Under the pieces are notes generated by a model. That model ran no database searches and was not told the DNA's origin. It was given only the letters and a program-made list of their open reading frames with translations. Source: Parcubacteria group bacterium (GTDB taxonomy: Bacteria > Patescibacteriota > Minisyncoccia > Phycocordibacterales > UBA2135). From it: DNA of 64,000 bases. Where the stretch lies: contig JACOWN010000007.1 of the NCBI GenBank assembly GCA_016176785.1, forward strand, positions 6,970 through 70,969, read 5' to 3'. A program made the translations under genes and the position numbers. Of the stretch, positions 1 to 9,365 are shown piece by piece (position 1 is the stretch's first letter; every line of letters starts with the position of its first letter).

Positions 1-297
1 CTCGTCTTTGAGACCATTTTTGAGGGGCGCCTGCGGTATGTTGATGAACTGGTGAAAATGGGAGCGTCACTTAATGTGTGCGACCCGCACCGCATTATCG
101 TGCGCGGGCCGACACGGCTGGCCGGCGCAGAGCTTGAGAGCCCCGATCTGCGCGCGGGGCTCGCGTATCTTATTGCGGCGCTGGTTGCGGACGGCGAGTC
201 CGTTATTCATACTGTGTACAACATTGACCGCGGGTACGAGAGGATAGAGGAACGGCTGCGGAAGGTTGGGGCGGATATACAAAGGGTTAAAGAGTAG
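1..297 (+). CDS. murA: UDP-N-acetylglucosamine 1-carboxyvinyltransferase, C-terminal fragment (5' end outside window)
   Basis: Translation ...ESPDLRAGLAYLIAALVADGESVIHTVYNIDRGYERIEERLRKVGADIQRV matches the conserved MurA C-terminus; the frame is open to the window edge. Confidence 0.85.
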   Translation, partial: LVFETIFEGRLRYVDELVKMGASLNVCDPHRIIVRGPTRLAGAELESPDLRAGLAYLIAALVADGESVIHTVYNIDRGYERIEERLRKVGADIQRVKE

Positions 298-336
298 GAT
301 TTTTTGAACACGCGCTTTGATTTTTGAATTTTTACC

Positions 337-1350
337 ATGAGTATTTTTTCCAGAAAACTCGGCATTGACCTCGGCACGGCGAACACGCTCGTGTATTTGC
401 CGCGGAAGGGAGTGGTCTTGAATGAGCCGTCGGTGGTGGCGGTTTCCGTTCCCGACAACAAAATTCTTGCCGTCGGGCTTGATGCAAAAAGCATGATCGG
501 CAAAACGCCCGACTCCATTATCGCGTACCGCCCCATGAAAGACGGCGTCATCGCCGATTATAGGGTAACCGAAGCAATGCTCCGCTATTACATCAATAAA
601 GTGCTCGGACGCTTCAACGTTTTTCGTCCCGATGTCCTTATCTCGGTGCCCGCGGGCGTTTCGTCAACAGAGCGGCGCGCCGTCATTGAAGCCGCCGTGA
701 AAGCGGGCGCGCGGAACGCCTACGTCGTTAAAGAGCCGGTGCTCGCCGCCATCGGCGCGGGAGTCCCCATCCATGAAGCGCACGGCCACATGATCGTTGA
801 CATCGGCGGCGGCACGACGGATGTCGCCGTGATCTCTTTGGGCGGCATTGTGGCGTCAAAGTCGGTCAAATGCGCCGGCGACAAGATAGACGTTGCGATC
901 GCCGATTACATCAAGAAATCTTTCAATCTTGCCATCGGCGACCGCACCGCGGAGGAAGTAAAGATCAAAATCGCCTCGGCGGTGCCGCTTGAGGACGAGC
1001 TCGTGGTCAGTATCAAGGGCCGCGATTTTGTCGCCGGCCTGCCGCGCTCGGTGCAGGTTTCGACGAACGAGATAGTCAAGGCGATCGAGCCGCAGCTCAG
1101 GGACATCGTGAAAGCGATCAAAGACGTGCTGCAAGATACGCCGCCGGAACTCGCCGCGGACATCATTGATCACGGCATCATCATGACCGGCGGTTCGTCG
1201 CAGCTGCGGAATCTTCCCGAACTCGTGTATCGCCGGACCGGCGTGCGCGCATACCTTGCCGAAGACCCGCTCTTTTGCGTGGCGAAAGGGACCGGTTTGG
1301 CGCTTGAACATCTTGAGACCTATAAAAAAAGCATTATCGCAAAGCGTTAA
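337..1350 (+). CDS. mreB: rod shape-determining protein MreB (paralog 1)
   Basis: 337 aa; GIDLGTANTLVY actin-fold phosphate-1 motif, DIGGGTTDVAV, C-terminal GTG..LEHLE; full-length MreB architecture. Confidence 0.9.
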   Translation: MSIFSRKLGIDLGTANTLVYLPRKGVVLNEPSVVAVSVPDNKILAVGLDAKSMIGKTPDSIIAYRPMKDGVIADYRVTEAMLRYYINKVLGRFNVFRPDVLISVPAGVSSTERRAVIEAAVKAGARNAYVVKEPVLAAIGAGVPIHEAHGHMIVDIGGGTTDVAVISLGGIVASKSVKCAGDKIDVAIADYIKKSFNLAIGDRTAEEVKIKIASAVPLEDELVVSIKGRDFVAGLPRSVQVSTNEIVKAIEPQLRDIVKAIKDVLQDTPPELAADIIDHGIIMTGGSSQLRNLPELVYRRTGVRAYLAEDPLFCVAKGTGLALEHLETYKKSIIAKR

Positions 1351-2057
1351 TGTTGAAACACATCACACATCAGACGGCGAAGGTCTTACATCCCAAAAAA
1401 TTGCACCATGCGTATTGCGTGGAAGGGGATAGGGAGACCGCGGTGCGGGAAATAACGCGGTTTTGCGAAGGGGAACTTGGCGTCGCAACCCGCGGCAATC
1501 CCGATTTTTGGCGGAGCGAACACGGCACGTTCGGGATCGACGAAAGCCGCGCGCTCAAAGAGCGCGCGGCGGCGCGGCCGGTGTCTGATGACGGCCGCAA
1601 GATATTCCTCATTGCCGCATACGCATTGACGCACGAGGCGCAAAACGCCCTTTTGAAATTGTTTGAAGACCCGACGCCGCGCACCCACTTTTTCCTCGTT
1701 ATTCCGGACGCGGGCCTTCTTTTGCCCACGCTCCGTTCCCGGCTGGAGATCATCCCTCTTGTTCAACACCCGATGTTGAACAAATTGGCGGGGGAGTTTT
1801 TGGGCGGCTCTTTTCCGGAACGCTGTGCGCTCGTGAAAGAAATCATTGACGAGAAAGACAAACATTCGGCGCTTATGTTGTTAAACGGCATTGAGACCAT
1901 TTTGCACGAACGCATGCGTGAGGAACGCCCGCTTGTTCCCGTTTTGGAGGAAATTGAAAAATGCCGCGGCTATCTCCAAAGCAACGCGCCGTCGGTCAAA
2001 ATGATCATGGAACACCTCGCCCTCGTCATCCCGCCGATAGATAAAAAGGCCCCGTAA
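1350..2057 (+). CDS. holB: DNA polymerase III delta-prime subunit-like protein
   Basis: 235 aa; NALLKLFEDPTPRTHFFLV...LLPTLRSR resembles the clamp-loader delta' box; ATG overlaps the mreB stop (TAATG). Confidence 0.55.
   Translation: MLKHITHQTAKVLHPKKLHHAYCVEGDRETAVREITRFCEGELGVATRGNPDFWRSEHGTFGIDESRALKERAAARPVSDDGRKIFLIAAYALTHEAQNALLKLFEDPTPRTHFFLVIPDAGLLLPTLRSRLEIIPLVQHPMLNKLAGEFLGGSFPERCALVKEIIDEKDKHSALMLLNGIETILHERMREERPLVPVLEEIEKCRGYLQSNAPSVKMIMEHLALVIPPIDKKAP
1759..1783. repeat. 25-bp palindrome TTGTTCAACACCCGATGTTGAACAA, intragenic copy within holB
   Basis: Identical to the copies at 57093-57117 and 58499-58523; 10-bp arms with a 5-nt spacer; encodes LVQHPMLNKL in frame. Confidence 0.8.
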
Positions 2058-2072
2058 TGATACAGTGAAGAT

Positions 2073-2624
2073 ATGCCTTACAATTTTTCGTCGTTAGACG
2101 GCAAGCTTGAGAAAGTGAAAGAATGGTTCACCCGCGAACTTTCAACGGTCAGAACCGGCCGCGCGGCGATCGCCGTTCTTGACAGCGTTCGCGTTGAATC
2201 ATACGGCGCCGCAATGCCCGTCACCCACGTCGCCGGCATTACGACGGAAGATGCGCGGACCATCCGCGTCACGCCGTGGGACAAGAATCAGATTAAGGTC
2301 ATTGAAAAAGCGATCCTTGAAGCGAATCTGGGTTTGTCGGTCGTCGTGGACGACCGCGGAATCCGCATCATATTCCCCGAATTGACCGCAGAGCGGCGCG
2401 AGGCGCTTAAAAAGGTAGTCAAAAACAAACTTGAAGAAGCGCGCATCGCGCTCCGCAAGGTGCGCGATGAAGTGTGGCATGACATTCAGGAACAAGAACG
2501 GCAGAAAAAACTTTCCGAGGACGAAAAGTTCCGGTTGAAAGAGGATATGGAGAAGCGCATCAAGGGAGCGCAGGCCGTGTTGGAAGAGGCGGCGGAGAGA
2601 AAAGAAAAGGAAATATCCGCATAG
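2073..2624 (+). CDS. frr: ribosome recycling factor
   Basis: 183 aa; typical RRF length and sequence (..VRTGRA.. , ..RIIFPELTAERREALKK..). Confidence 0.9.
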   Translation: MPYNFSSLDGKLEKVKEWFTRELSTVRTGRAAIAVLDSVRVESYGAAMPVTHVAGITTEDARTIRVTPWDKNQIKVIEKAILEANLGLSVVVDDRGIRIIFPELTAERREALKKVVKNKLEEARIALRKVRDEVWHDIQEQERQKKLSEDEKFRLKEDMEKRIKGAQAVLEEAAERKEKEISA

Positions 2625-2639
2625 TCGGCACTCACGAAC

Positions 2640-3752
2640 ATGTCCGTTTTACTCTTTATCATCGTCCTTGTCGTCCTCATTCTCGTCCACGAGTTCGGGC
2701 ATTTTATCGTTGCAAAAAAAACGGGGATCCGCGTTGACGAATTCGGGCTCGGATTTCCGCCGAAGCTTTTCAGCGTTCGCCGGGGAGAAACGGAGTATTC
2801 CATGAACGCGCTGCCGTTCGGCGGCTTTGTGCGCATTTTCGGAGAAAATCCAGAGGATGTCGCCTTAGACCATCCAGACCGCGCGCGGAGTTTCGTTGCC
2901 CGGCCAAAACCGATACAGGCAGCCGTCATGGTCGCCGGAGTTACCGCTAACATTGCGCTCGCGTGGGTCCTGCTTTCTTTTGGGTTTATGGTAGGGCTCC
3001 CCATGCCGGTTGACGGTGCGCCGCAAGGCGTCGTCGTGGAGAACGCGCGCGTCGCGATCATAAGCACCGCGGACGGCTCGCCCGCCTCCGAGGCGGGGCT
3101 TCTGCCCGGCGACCGCGTACTTTCTTTGTCTGCGAAAGGGGACCGGCGGGACATCGCGTCGGTCTCCGACCTGCAAACGTTCATTGCGTTCCACGGCGGC
3201 TTGCCCGTGACGGTGCTTTACGAACGGCAAGGCGAGCGGCAGACGGCGGTCGCAACGCCTCGTTCGGGTTCGGGGATTCCGGAGCTGCCGTTTGCGCAAC
3301 CGGCGCTCGGAGTCACCGTCGGTCTTATCGGCACGGTGACGCTTCCACCGCATCGCGCGTTTTTTGAAGGAGCGCGCATGACCGCCGCACTCACCTCGTC
3401 CGTCGTTTCTTCATTCGGCATGCTTGCCCGCGATGCGTTCCGCGGCGCAGCCGACCTCGCGACGCTCACCGGTCCCGTCGGCATCGCGGGTATCATCGGC
3501 GACGCAGCGGATTTCGGAATTATCTATCTTCTCGGGCTGACCGCGTTCATTTCCATTAATCTCGCCGTCATAAACCTCCTGCCGCTTCCCGCTCTTGACG
3601 GCGGCCGACTCCTTTTTCTTTTGATAGAAGCGGTGAGGGGTGCGCCGCTCAATCCGCGCGCGGTTACCATTGCGCATGCCGTCGGGTTTGCGGCTCTCAT
3701 CATCCTCATGCTCGTCGTCACCTTTAACGACATCGTCCGCATCGTTTCCTGA
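2640..3752 (+). CDS. rseP: RIP metalloprotease RseP (M50 site-2 protease with PDZ)
   Basis: HEFGHFIVAK zinc-binding HExxH in the first TM segment, central PDZ-like segment, NLLPLPALDGG motif near the C-terminus. Confidence 0.85.
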   Translation: MSVLLFIIVLVVLILVHEFGHFIVAKKTGIRVDEFGLGFPPKLFSVRRGETEYSMNALPFGGFVRIFGENPEDVALDHPDRARSFVARPKPIQAAVMVAGVTANIALAWVLLSFGFMVGLPMPVDGAPQGVVVENARVAIISTADGSPASEAGLLPGDRVLSLSAKGDRRDIASVSDLQTFIAFHGGLPVTVLYERQGERQTAVATPRSGSGIPELPFAQPALGVTVGLIGTVTLPPHRAFFEGARMTAALTSSVVSSFGMLARDAFRGAADLATLTGPVGIAGIIGDAADFGIIYLLGLTAFISINLAVINLLPLPALDGGRLLFLLIEAVRGAPLNPRAVTIAHAVGFAALIILMLVVTFNDIVRIVS

Positions 3753-3802
3753 TCACCGCAAGATCGCCGCGGCCGTGCGACGCGCGCCTGTCAATTTCCA
3801 TG

Positions 3803-3836
3803 AAAAAATCCCGCGCTAGTGCGGGAGATTTTTGGT
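3803..3836. terminator. bidirectional intrinsic terminator between rseP and the convergent minus-strand ORF
   Basis: A-tract, then stem TCCCGC/GCGGGA with a 6-nt loop, then a T-tract; sits between convergent gene ends. Confidence 0.5.
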
Positions 3837-4172
3837 GTGATGACGCACCACGGAAATGATCATGTCTGCCCATCCGGTTGCGTTCCCGACGAGCCAGTCG
3901 GCGTATTGTTGCCGCTTTTCGTCGGTGTCAAGCGGCGGCGAGAATGGATTTTGAACGGTCGTGTGCGCAACGCCCGCGCGAAGCTCCTGCCGACACTCGG
4001 GGTCGGGTTCAAAAAACCACGGAAAGAACACCGCTTTGTACCCGCGCCGCCACGTTTCGCTTTTGTCGGGAAACGCCTTGGAAAGCGCAGCGTCTGCTTC
4101 CGTTTCTGAAAGACATACGCGCTTGCTGAAGCTTAACTTGTTAAACGGGCCGTGCGTATGGCTCATTGCCAT
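3816..4172 (-). CDS. hypothetical protein
   Basis: About 118 aa from the ATG at 4172 (GGAG 7 nt upstream); non-repetitive protein-like sequence; the only sizable ORF in a 480-bp gap; convergent terminator at its 3' end. Confidence 0.4.
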   Translation of the reverse strand: MAMSHTHGPFNKLSFSKRVCLSETEADAALSKAFPDKSETWRRGYKAVFFPWFFEPDPECRQELRAGVAHTTVQNPFSPPLDTDEKRQQYADWLVGNATGWADMIISVVRHHTKNLPH

Positions 4173-4212
4173 TTCTCCGCATCGTCTCTTGTTCTGTATA
4201 GCACGGCGAAGT

Positions 4213-4241
4213 TTGAATGAAAAGCGCTTTTGGGCTATCAT
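4213..4241 (+). promoter_or_regulatory. sigma70-like promoter of proS (TTGAAT-17-TATCAT), leaderless configuration
   Basis: -35 TTGAAT at 4213-4218, 17-nt spacer, -10 TATCAT at 4236-4241, ATG at 4248 (6 nt after the -10). Confidence 0.4.
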
Positions 4242-4247
4242 AGAGCA

Positions 4248-5492
4248 ATGCGATTTTCACATCTTTTTACCGCAACGCGGCGCGATGCGCCGAAAGATGA
4301 AGTTGCAAAAAACGCGCAGCTTCTTGTCCGCGCCGGATTCATCCATAAAGAAATGGCGGGTGTTTATTCGTATCTCCCGCTCGGCTTCCGCGTCCTTAAA
4401 AAAATAGAGAACATCATCCGCGAGGAAATGGACGCGATCGGCGGGCAAGAGGTGCTTTTGACGGCGCTTCAGGACCCCGACGTGTGGAAGAAGAGCGGCC
4501 GCTGGTCGGATGACGTGGTAGACAACTGGTTCAAGACGACGCTTGCGAACGGCGCGGAGGCGGGCATCGCGAATACGCACGAGGAGCCGCTCACCGCCCT
4601 CATGCGGGAACACGTCCGCTCCTACCGCGATCTGCCGCGGTACGTGTACCAGATCCAAGATAAGTTCCGGAACGAACTGCGCGCAAAATCAGGGCTCATG
4701 CGCGGGCGCGAGTTCATCATGAAAGATCTTTACTCGTTCACGAAAGACGAGAATGAATTGGAGCGTTTTCACGAGAAATGCGCGGAGGCGTACCTGCGCA
4801 TCTTCCGCCGCGTCGGATTGGGAGAACTGACATACCGCACCTTTGCATCCGGCGGCGCATTTTCAAAATACAGCGACGAGTTCCAAACGCTCTCGGAGGC
4901 GGGGGAGGACACGATCTACGTTGACAAAGAAAAAGGAATCGCGGTCAACAAAGAGGTATATACCGATGAGGCGCTTGCCGACCTCGGTCTCAAAAAAGAA
5001 AACCTCGTTGAAGCGAAAGCGATAGAAGTGGGGAACATCTTCAAACTCGGCACGCGTTTTTCGGAGGCGCTCGGACTCACGTATCGGGACGAGGACGGCG
5101 CGGAAAAGCCGGTCGTCATGGGTTCATACGGCATCGGACTCGGGCGGCTTATGGGCGCGGCGGTTGAGGTGTTCTCGGATGAAAAAGGAATCGTGTGGCC
5201 GGAAGAGATCGCGCCGTTCGCATACCACCTTATTGCGCTCGGCGCCGAGCGCACGGTCCGCGCGCGCGCGGACGAGATCTATGACATGTTCGCCGCCTCC
5301 GGCGCGGAAGCGCTCTATGACGACCGCGAAGAAAGCGCGGGGGTAAAGTTTGCGGATGCGGAGCTTATCGGCATTCCGACCGTCATCATCGTAAGCGAAA
5401 AAACGCTCTCCGCCGGCGAAGACCGCGTTGAAGTGCGTCGCCGCGCGACGGGCGCGTCCCGCATGGCGCGCATCGGTGACATCGTTACCTGA
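4248..5492 (+). CDS. proS: prolyl-tRNA synthetase (short form without the editing insertion)
   Basis: Class II aaRS motifs; N-terminus MRFSHLF..DAPKDEVAKNAQLLVRAGFI typical of ProRS; the ORF-track start at 4230 is TTG, the ATG at 4248 is preferred. Confidence 0.85.
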   Translation: MRFSHLFTATRRDAPKDEVAKNAQLLVRAGFIHKEMAGVYSYLPLGFRVLKKIENIIREEMDAIGGQEVLLTALQDPDVWKKSGRWSDDVVDNWFKTTLANGAEAGIANTHEEPLTALMREHVRSYRDLPRYVYQIQDKFRNELRAKSGLMRGREFIMKDLYSFTKDENELERFHEKCAEAYLRIFRRVGLGELTYRTFASGGAFSKYSDEFQTLSEAGEDTIYVDKEKGIAVNKEVYTDEALADLGLKKENLVEAKAIEVGNIFKLGTRFSEALGLTYRDEDGAEKPVVMGSYGIGLGRLMGAAVEVFSDEKGIVWPEEIAPFAYHLIALGAERTVRARADEIYDMFAASGAEALYDDREESAGVKFADAELIGIPTVIIVSEKTLSAGEDRVEVRRRATGASRMARIGDIVT

Positions 5493-5512
5493 ACCGTGGT
5501 ATATCTTTTTGT

Positions 5513-6580
5513 ATGGAACTGCAACGCATCAGAGAACGGATACTCCGTTTGCTTTCAAACGATGTCGGCATTGACCTCGGCACGGCGAATACGCTTGTCT
5601 ATGTGCGCGGTTTCGGCATTGTCATTAACGAACCGTCAGTCGTCGCGTTGAACCAAAAGACGGGTCAAGTCGTCGCCATTGGAGCGCACGCGAAACAAAT
5701 GCTCGGGCGCACGCCGGCGCACATCACCGCCGTGCGTCCGCTGATAGACGGCGTTGTTTCCAATTTTGAAATCACGGAGGAAATGCTCGCGTATTTTTTG
5801 AACCGCGTGCACAAACTTTCCCCGCGCTTCATCCGCCCGCGCGTCGTCATCGGCGTGCCGTCGGGCATTACGAACGTGGAAACGCGCGCCGTCCGCGACG
5901 CGACGCGCGCGGCCGGCGCGCGCGAAGTGTTCATCGTTGAAGAGCCGATGGCGGCGGCCATCGGCATTCAACTGCCCATCCACGACCCCGTCGGCTCCAT
6001 GGTGGTTGACATCGGCGGCGGAACAACCGATATCGCGGTCATTTCTTTGGGAGGTATCGTGCAGTCGCGGAATGTCCGTATCGCCGGCGACCGTTTTAAT
6101 GAAGACATCATTTCTTACATCAGGAATGAGTTCAAGATCTTGATCGGCGACCGGACCGCCGAAAGCATCAAAATTGCCATCGGCTCGGTGTTGCCCGGAG
6201 ATGCGCCGGTGGAAGCGGCGATCCGCGGGCGCGACCTGGTGACCGGCCTTCCGCGCGAAGTCATCGTCACCGACACCGACATCAGAGAGGCGATCTCGCC
6301 GTCTATTGCGGTGCTTACGGAGTCCGTGAAGGAAGTGCTTGAAACGACGCCGCCCGAGGTGCTTGCGGACGTCATGACACGCGGCATTATGCTGGTGGGA
6401 GGCGGAGCGTCTCTCGGCGGGCTGACGACGCTCCTTGAGGGTGAGCTTAAAATACCCATTCACGTTGCGCATGACCCGCTGACCGCCGTCGTGCGCGGCA
6501 CCGGCGTCATCCTTGAGCGTATCCACGTCTATCGCGAAGTTCTCATCACGCAGGAGGACGATTTTCCTCCCACCGAATAG
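5513..6580 (+). CDS. mreB: rod shape-determining protein MreB (paralog 2, in the mreBCD-mrdA operon)
   Basis: 355 aa; VGIDLGTANTLVYV, DIGGGTTDIAVISLGG; immediately followed by mreC. Confidence 0.9.
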   Translation: MELQRIRERILRLLSNDVGIDLGTANTLVYVRGFGIVINEPSVVALNQKTGQVVAIGAHAKQMLGRTPAHITAVRPLIDGVVSNFEITEEMLAYFLNRVHKLSPRFIRPRVVIGVPSGITNVETRAVRDATRAAGAREVFIVEEPMAAAIGIQLPIHDPVGSMVVDIGGGTTDIAVISLGGIVQSRNVRIAGDRFNEDIISYIRNEFKILIGDRTAESIKIAIGSVLPGDAPVEAAIRGRDLVTGLPREVIVTDTDIREAISPSIAVLTESVKEVLETTPPEVLADVMTRGIMLVGGGASLGGLTTLLEGELKIPIHVAHDPLTAVVRGTGVILERIHVYREVLITQEDDFPPTE

Positions 6581-6583
6581 ATT

Positions 6584-7372
6584 ATGCCGCGCCGCGCACT
6601 CTGGTTCATCGGAGCCGTCATCATTATTGCGGGAGCGCTGTGGCGCTTTGATTTTTTGGCGGCGCCGCTCCGAACGGGCGCCCTCACGGCGTTCGCGCCG
6701 GCGTTTCGCGCCGGCGCGGACATTTCTGACGGCGTTATGCGGATGCGCGCGCGGCTCCGTTCCCAGGAAGAACTGGCGGAAGAGAACGCGCTCCTTCGCG
6801 AAGAACTCAATCGGGCGACGACCGAAGCGCTCCTCGCGAAGCGCCGCGCGGAGGAGAACGAATCGCTCAAAGAGATCTTCGGCCGCAGCGGCAACCGTTC
6901 GGGAGCGCTTCTCCTTGCCGCCGTCCTCGCGCGGCCCAACCGGTCGCCGTACGACACCTTTCTCATTGATGTCGGTTCGGAATCCGGCGTCAAGGTCGGC
7001 GACCGCGTATTCGTTCTCGGCGACATCGTTATCGGGACGATTGATGTCGTTTCCGGCTCTGCGTCCCGCGTCAAACTGTTTTCATCTCCCGGAGCCGTGA
7101 TAGACGTGCTCTTCGGTTCGGAACGCATAAGCGTTCCCGCGCGCGGCATCGGCGGCGGCAATTTTGAAGCGCGCCTGCCGCGCGGCGTTGATATCCGCGA
7201 AGGGGACATCGTCGCGTTTCCCGCCATCAGCACCGACATCGCGGGCGTCGTTCAAAAAGTGCTCGGCGATCCGGCCGACTCATTCCAGACAATTCTTTTC
7301 AAAAGTCCCGTTAACGTGTACGAAACGGAATGGGTCGAGGTATTGGTGGGCGAGCGCGTGCACACGCTCTAA
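6584..7372 (+). CDS. mreC: rod shape-determining protein MreC
   Basis: N-terminal TM segment, coiled-coil (LRSQEELAEENALLREEL), C-terminal beta-rich domain; position between mreB and mreD. Confidence 0.8.
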   Translation: MPRRALWFIGAVIIIAGALWRFDFLAAPLRTGALTAFAPAFRAGADISDGVMRMRARLRSQEELAEENALLREELNRATTEALLAKRRAEENESLKEIFGRSGNRSGALLLAAVLARPNRSPYDTFLIDVGSESGVKVGDRVFVLGDIVIGTIDVVSGSASRVKLFSSPGAVIDVLFGSERISVPARGIGGGNFEARLPRGVDIREGDIVAFPAISTDIAGVVQKVLGDPADSFQTILFKSPVNVYETEWVEVLVGERVHTL

Positions 7373-7375
7373 ACT

Positions 7376-7642
7376 ATGCGCCGCCTGTTCGCCAATGCGA
7401 TACTTGCCGCCGCCGTTGTTTTTTTGCCGTGGTGGGCGGCGGCCATCGTGGGGATTCTCGCGCTTGCCGCACTGAAGACGTTTTATGAACTCATCGGATG
7501 GGCGTTTCTTATTGACCTTCTCTACGGTCAGCCAGTCCCCGCGTATTTTTCCATGCCGTTTCTGCTTACCGTAAGCAGCGGCATTGCCGTTGTCGGCACG
7601 GCGTATGCCCGATCGCAACTCCGGCTGGCGTTTCGTTTCTAA
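7376..7642 (+). CDS. mreD: small polytopic membrane protein, probable MreD
   Basis: 88 aa with 2-3 hydrophobic helices; syntenic position between mreC and PBP2; no independent sequence motif. Confidence 0.5.
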   Translation: MRRLFANAILAAAVVFLPWWAAAIVGILALAALKTFYELIGWAFLIDLLYGQPVPAYFSMPFLLTVSSGIAVVGTAYARSQLRLAFRF

Positions 7643-7647
7643 CGCGT

Positions 7648-9336
7648 ATGTTCCGATACCGTTCATCAGCGCCGCTCCACGAGATCGCCCCCGATGAGAT
7701 TTTGCTTGATTCGCATAATTTGCCGCAATTTGACCGTCACCAATTCGAGGGTCGGCTTGAACGCCCGATAAGCAGATTGTCTTTCGTCGCGTTGGGCGCA
7801 TTGTTCCTCGGCATAGCCCTCCTTTTTACCGGTCAGGCGTTCTCGCTGCAGGTGGTGCGCGGAGAAGAGCTTGCGAGCGTCGCGGAATATAATCGCTTGC
7901 GCCACACGCCGGTGTTTGCCGAACGCGGCGTCATTTTTGACCGGAACGGCGTTGAATTGGCGTGGAACGAGTCCTTTGCGGACGCCGCCGCCTTTTCGCG
8001 CCGCAGGTACATTGAGGAACCCGGTTTTGCGCACCTGCTCGGATTTGTGCAGTACCCGTCAAAAGACGCTTCGGGATTTTATTATCACGACCGTTTCGTC
8101 GGCAGGGACGGCGTGGAGCGGTTCTACGACGACGTCGTCGGCGGCAAGGACGGGACGACGATAGTGGAAACGAACGCGCGCGGCGAAATAATTTCGCAGA
8201 ACGTCTTTGACCCGCCCGTTGACGGCACGGACCTCATTTTGTCGGTTGACGCGCGCATTGAGGAGCGCCTGTATCGCTCGATTGCCGACCTTGCGCATTC
8301 CGCGGGTTTTCTCGGCGGGGCGGGAGTGATGCTTGATGTTTTAAACGGCGAGGTCCTTGCGTTGGTGAGCTACCCGGAGTACGACGCTACGCTTCTCTCG
8401 GAGGGCGGCTCGGAGCGGGAGGTTGAGCGCTACACGAATGACGAGCGCACGCCGTTTTTGAACCGCGCCATCGGCGGACTCTACATTCCCGGGTCCATCG
8501 TGAAGCCGGTCATTGCGCTCGGAGCGCTTAATGAAGGAGTCATTAACCCCGATACGAAAATTTTGAGCACGGGGTCCATTTCCGTTCCGAACCCTTACGA
8601 CCGGAAACTCACCTCGGTGTTCACCGACTGGAAAGCGCACGGCTGGGTCGCCATGCGCGAGGCGCTCGCCGTTTCCTCAAATGTTTATTTTTATGAGATC
8701 AGCGGCGGCTATCAAGAGCAACGTGGTATCGGCATTGAAAAACTCGCATCATACATGAAGCAATTCGGCTACGGGAGCGCAACCGGCATTGACCTGTTCG
8801 GCGAAGCGGCGGGCGTGGTGCCGACACCGGCATGGAAAGAGGAGATTTTTAACGACCCCTGGCGCATCGGTGACACGTACAACACCGCCATCGGCCAGTA
8901 CGGTTTCCAGATCACGCCGATCCAGGCGGCGCGCGTAGCCGCCGCGGTCGCGAACGACGGTGTCTTGGTAACGCCGCGCGTGAGCCGGAGCGTTCCGGAA
9001 AAGAATGCCCGCATCCCCCTTGATGCGCGCTTTTTCGCCGTTGTGCGCGAGGGAATGCGCGAGGCGATCAAGATCGGCACGGCGCAAGGGCTCAACATAC
9101 CTTCGGTCTCTGTCGCGGCGAAAACGGGCACCGCCGAAGTCGGCGTGACGAAGAAGCGCGTCAACTCGTGGGTCATCGGCTTCTTTCCGTACGAGTCCCC
9201 GCGTTACGCGTTTGCCGTTGTTATGGAACGCGGTCCGCGCCAAAATCTTGTCGGCGCTTTATATGTCATGAGGGAACTTTTGTCGTGGATGGCCGTTGAA
9301 ACGCCGGAGTACCTCGCGCCCCAGCCGCAGTTGTGA
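7648..9336 (+). CDS. mrdA: penicillin-binding protein 2 (elongasome transpeptidase)
   Basis: 562 aa; N-terminal TM segment; SxxK (GSIVKP), SxN (SSN), KTG (KTGTA) motifs; downstream of mreBCD. Confidence 0.85.
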   Translation: MFRYRSSAPLHEIAPDEILLDSHNLPQFDRHQFEGRLERPISRLSFVALGALFLGIALLFTGQAFSLQVVRGEELASVAEYNRLRHTPVFAERGVIFDRNGVELAWNESFADAAAFSRRRYIEEPGFAHLLGFVQYPSKDASGFYYHDRFVGRDGVERFYDDVVGGKDGTTIVETNARGEIISQNVFDPPVDGTDLILSVDARIEERLYRSIADLAHSAGFLGGAGVMLDVLNGEVLALVSYPEYDATLLSEGGSEREVERYTNDERTPFLNRAIGGLYIPGSIVKPVIALGALNEGVINPDTKILSTGSISVPNPYDRKLTSVFTDWKAHGWVAMREALAVSSNVYFYEISGGYQEQRGIGIEKLASYMKQFGYGSATGIDLFGEAAGVVPTPAWKEEIFNDPWRIGDTYNTAIGQYGFQITPIQAARVAAAVANDGVLVTPRVSRSVPEKNARIPLDARFFAVVREGMREAIKIGTAQGLNIPSVSVAAKTGTAEVGVTKKRVNSWVIGFFPYESPRYAFAVVMERGPRQNLVGALYVMRELLSWMAVETPEYLAPQPQL

Positions 9337-9365
9337 TTTTCAAAAACGTCAGGTACAATTAACGC

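Noticed and set aside
5636-6526. Long antisense ORFs opposite conserved genes, for example 5636-6526 versus mreB, 9857-10873 versus lysS, 15952-17013 versus murF, 39722-40837 versus aspS and 34462-35163 versus grpE
   Set aside because: They have Arg-, Ala- and Pro-rich low-complexity translations. Each overlaps a gene with clear family signatures on the other strand. This is typical of a high-GC genome.
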